From contig CAVXYC010000014.1 of assembly GCA_963765765.1 (NCBI GenBank), positions 32,001 through 96,000 on the forward strand: 64,000 bases of DNA. The letters run 5' to 3'. The first letter of the stretch is position 1. Every line of letters begins with the position of its first letter. A program made the position numbers and the translations under genes. The notes under the pieces were generated by a model that ran no database searches, was not told the origin of the DNA, and worked only from the letters and a program-made list of their open reading frames with translations. Of this stretch, positions 61,218 through 64,000 are shown piece after piece. This stretch comes from an uncultured Chloroflexia bacterium. Lineage in GTDB: Bacteria; Chloroflexota; UBA6077; JACCZL01.

Positions 61218-63230
61218 TTGGCCGTAGCGGAGCCTCTGCCAAGCCTCCTCCGTTACACTTTCCGAGCCATGGATGCCTCTCGCGCTGCCGAGCCGGCGCG
61301 GCGGGTGCCCGCCCTCACAGAAATCGCCGCTCGCTACGCTGTCATCCTGGAGCTTTCAGGCTTCGCGCTCATTCTGGGACTGGCAGCCTGGCTGCGACTG
61401 CCGAACATCGATGCCTACACCGGCAAATTCGATGAGGGCATCCGCACCGCGCAGCTCATGCTTATGTCCCACGGATTCCGGCCCGTGCGTGACATCTTCG
61501 CCTCGCAGGGCCCGCTTTCGCTCGATATCTTCTTCCCGTTCTGGGAGCTTTCCGGGGGAACGCTCGGCGGTGCACGGCTGGGGGTGGTTATCTACTCGCT
61601 CGTCGCGATCCTACTCGCCGGGGCCATTGCTCGAAATATCGGCGGCACGGTCGCTGGGGTCGCTACGGCGGTGGTGCTGGCGATCAGTCCAACGTTTCTG
61701 AAGAACTCGCGACTGGCACTCGTAGAGATTCCCGCACTTGTGCCCGCGCTGGGCGCACTGATCGTCATTCTTCACGGCCGCAAGCGACATTCAACGCTGG
61801 CTGCCGGGGCTGGGGCCGTACTGCTCGCGACAGCGTTGATGGTGAAGCCCATGGTTGCGCCCGTTCTGGCGCCCTTCGCCGCATTGCTAATGCTTCGGCG
61901 GATAGAGCCCAAACGCTGGGTTTCGGATCTGCTGATCGCCGGCATCGCTGGAGCCGCCATGCTTTCGATCATTGCTCTGGCCTTCGGACCAGAAAGACTC
62001 TTCGACCAGGTGGTGCGTTACCGCCAGGGATCTGTTGCTGTCGAGAAGTGGAGCTTCGGGGAGAACTGGCGGTTGATCGCCGATGAGCTGGTCAATGAGC
62101 AGATCGGCTTTTTCGCGCTTGCTGGATTGGGGCTACTCGCACTGCTGCGCTGGCGTCCCGACTTCGCCATCGCGGCATTGCTCTGGATCGGCGCAAGCTT
62201 CTGGCTGCTCATCACCTACGTGCCGCTGCAAATCAAGCACGACACAATATTGCTTCCGCCCCTGTGCATCGTGGCCGGAGCAGGGTTGGGAGTGCTCATT
62301 CAGCAGGTGCGCGAAGCTCAGGGTCGGGCGCTGTCCACCGCGCTCGCGGCCATAGTCGTCATCGTCGTCGGTGCCTACGTCGTGGGCACGCCCAGCATCC
62401 TGGCGAAGAATCGTCAGACGATCAATGTCGCCGGTGAAGGCCGCGCCGATCTCTATCCCGACGAGACGGACCTGATCCAGGCAATCACCCGACCGAACGG
62501 CTTCATGATCACCGACGATCCGTTCATCGCCTACAGCTCCGATCGGCTTGTGCCCCCGCTGCTCGTTGACACCTCATACTATCGAATTCGCTCCGGCTCG
62601 CTGAGCCCGCAAGACGTCATCGACGCGGCAACGACCTTTGACGTGAAGACCCTCTTTCTGTTTACCGATGGACTGCGCGAGCTGCGCCGATTCGCCGACT
62701 ACGTGGATGAGAACTACCAGGTCGTTAGCACGCAGGAGCGACGCAACGGCAAGGACCGATCCATCTATCTTCGTCGAGACGCGGATCTCCCCGCGGCGCG
62801 ATCCTGGCTGGAGCAGCGGCTGGATGACAAGGTCAGCGTGAGCTTTGCGAATCAGCTCCGACTGAACGGCTATGCGCTGGATCGACGCGAGATTCGCCCC
62901 GGTGGAAGCCTGGAGCTCACGCTGGCCTGGGAGGCCGTGGGTGTGGCTCCGGTGGATTACCGCATCGTCACGATCCTGCGCGGACCAGACGGTCAGCCGG
63001 TTGAGCAGAGTGAGCGCTCGCTCAGCGGCGGAGGCGCTGGCACGAGCCGCTGGGACATAGGGCGCTGGATATACCGAACGACCACGCTAGATATCCGTCG
63101 CGCCCGCCAACCAGGTGACTACACGCTCGCCGTAGGACTTTACGACTCTCGCGCCCGCCAGCTCGCCCCAATCACCGCGGGCGGCTCGGGCGAAGACAAA
63201 GTCATTGCCACGCTGAGGATGCGGCAGTAG
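61218..63230 (+). CDS. GT-C (family 39/ArnT-like) membrane glycosyltransferase with C-terminal extracellular beta domain
   Basis: FDEGI, DIFASQGP, SRLALVEIP, F...LRL.GY.L....RPG..L.LTL.W...GDYTL.VGLYD. Confidence 0.8.
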   Translation: MAVAEPLPSLLRYTFRAMDASRAAEPARRVPALTEIAARYAVILELSGFALILGLAAWLRLPNIDAYTGKFDEGIRTAQLMLMSHGFRPVRDIFASQGPLSLDIFFPFWELSGGTLGGARLGVVIYSLVAILLAGAIARNIGGTVAGVATAVVLAISPTFLKNSRLALVEIPALVPALGALIVILHGRKRHSTLAAGAGAVLLATALMVKPMVAPVLAPFAALLMLRRIEPKRWVSDLLIAGIAGAAMLSIIALAFGPERLFDQVVRYRQGSVAVEKWSFGENWRLIADELVNEQIGFFALAGLGLLALLRWRPDFAIAALLWIGASFWLLITYVPLQIKHDTILLPPLCIVAGAGLGVLIQQVREAQGRALSTALAAIVVIVVGAYVVGTPSILAKNRQTINVAGEGRADLYPDETDLIQAITRPNGFMITDDPFIAYSSDRLVPPLLVDTSYYRIRSGSLSPQDVIDAATTFDVKTLFLFTDGLRELRRFADYVDENYQVVSTQERRNGKDRSIYLRRDADLPAARSWLEQRLDDKVSVSFANQLRLNGYALDRREIRPGGSLELTLAWEAVGVAPVDYRIVTILRGPDGQPVEQSERSLSGGGAGTSRWDIGRWIYRTTTLDIRRARQPGDYTLAVGLYDSRARQLAPITAGGSGEDKVIATLRMRQ

Positions 63231-63232
63231 CT

Positions 63233-63311
63233 GGCTCATTGGCTCCCTGGGTCTCAGAGGTCCCCTTTACCTGCTGAATGAGGCCTATGAGACCCAGGGA
63301 ACCAATGAGCC
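63233..63311. repeat. Long imperfect inverted repeat between convergent genes
   Basis: GGCTCATTGGCTCCCTGGGTCTCA...TGAGACCCAGGGAACCAATGAGCC. Confidence 0.7.
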
Positions 63312-63315
63312 GAAT

Positions 63316-64000
63316 CTAGGGATAAATCTCCACAAGCTCCGCGCCTGAGTCGGCCGGGAGCGCCGGCCCGCTCTCCGCCTGCCGCCAACCGACCATCACG
63401 CGAATATTTCGGCTCTGGCTCTCAGACAGCGGCACATAACCCTGTTCCGCCACAATCTGCCCGCTTTCCCAGCGCGTGGGTGGCATTACCGTCTGGAACG
63501 GCACCGTCACCTGCTCTCCAAGTACGTCGCCACTCGCGTCAAGGACACGCAATACGCGATACACATCGCCGCTGCGGGCGGGCGAAAGGATCCCAATACG
63601 CTCTGACACGTAGCTCCCCAGAGACTTGCTCCATGTCGAAGCCGCGCAAGACGCCTACTCCTGGAAACGTTACGTCAAGCGGAACGGTTGGCTGCGGCTG
63701 CTCTCGGGTGAGCAGCAGAATCGACTCTCCGTATTGACGTACGTGCATGCGCGGCCGACGAGTAAGCGCCGAATCGCTTTCCAGGTCCTGGAGGACTCGC
63801 AGCGTCGGGGAGTCCGTTAGATCGAATACGTACGCGTCCTGGCGGGCTGCATCGGGGCGGAGCCCGCCAGCGTAGAGAGATGGTGGGAACTGCCATACCT
63901 CGGGACGATTGGCCAGATGAGGCACGACGCGACGCGATGCGGTGACTCGAATCCGCAGGCGGAACCTGCTCTACCGCGTCAGCCATGTCGACTTCAGTCT
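63316..64000 (-). CDS. C-terminal part of a DUF2079-like membrane protein (frameshifted, runs off the window)
   Basis: AVEQVPP...PHLANRPEVWQFP...YVFD; C-terminal PPTRWESGQIV beta domain. Confidence 0.55.

Overview
GC-rich bacterial chromosome segment, most consistent with a soil-type Chloroflexota genome (inferred from a Tat-exported solute-binding protein with a PTAAP linker, luciferase-like oxidoreductases, the cdaA-cdaR-der order and several GT-C glycosyltransferases). Many genes are split by single-base indels, including the essential GTPase der, so most frameshifts in otherwise complete genes are probably long-read assembly errors. Layout: (1) 0.1-13.8 kb, aromatic/redox catabolic genes, an acyl-ACP desaturase-like gene, Nudix and CinA; (2) ~13.8-32 kb, a low-coding-density accessory region with a subtilase, DUF2382 stress genes, orphan signalling proteins and many truncated relics, notably a collapsed flagellar flgN-flgK'-flgL'-fliW'-csrA operon and a nested MITE; (3) 32-57.7 kb, metabolic and housekeeping genes (lhgO, rarA, lutB-lutA fusion, argF, cdaA/cdaR, der, RND pump) plus a lysyl-oxidase-family gene and an unusual thermonuclease-like/zincin fusion; (4) 58.5-64 kb, four adjacent polytopic GT-C-like membrane genes. 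No rRNA, tRNA, CRISPR array or intact transposase was recognised. All family calls come from motif recognition by eye, not from database searches.
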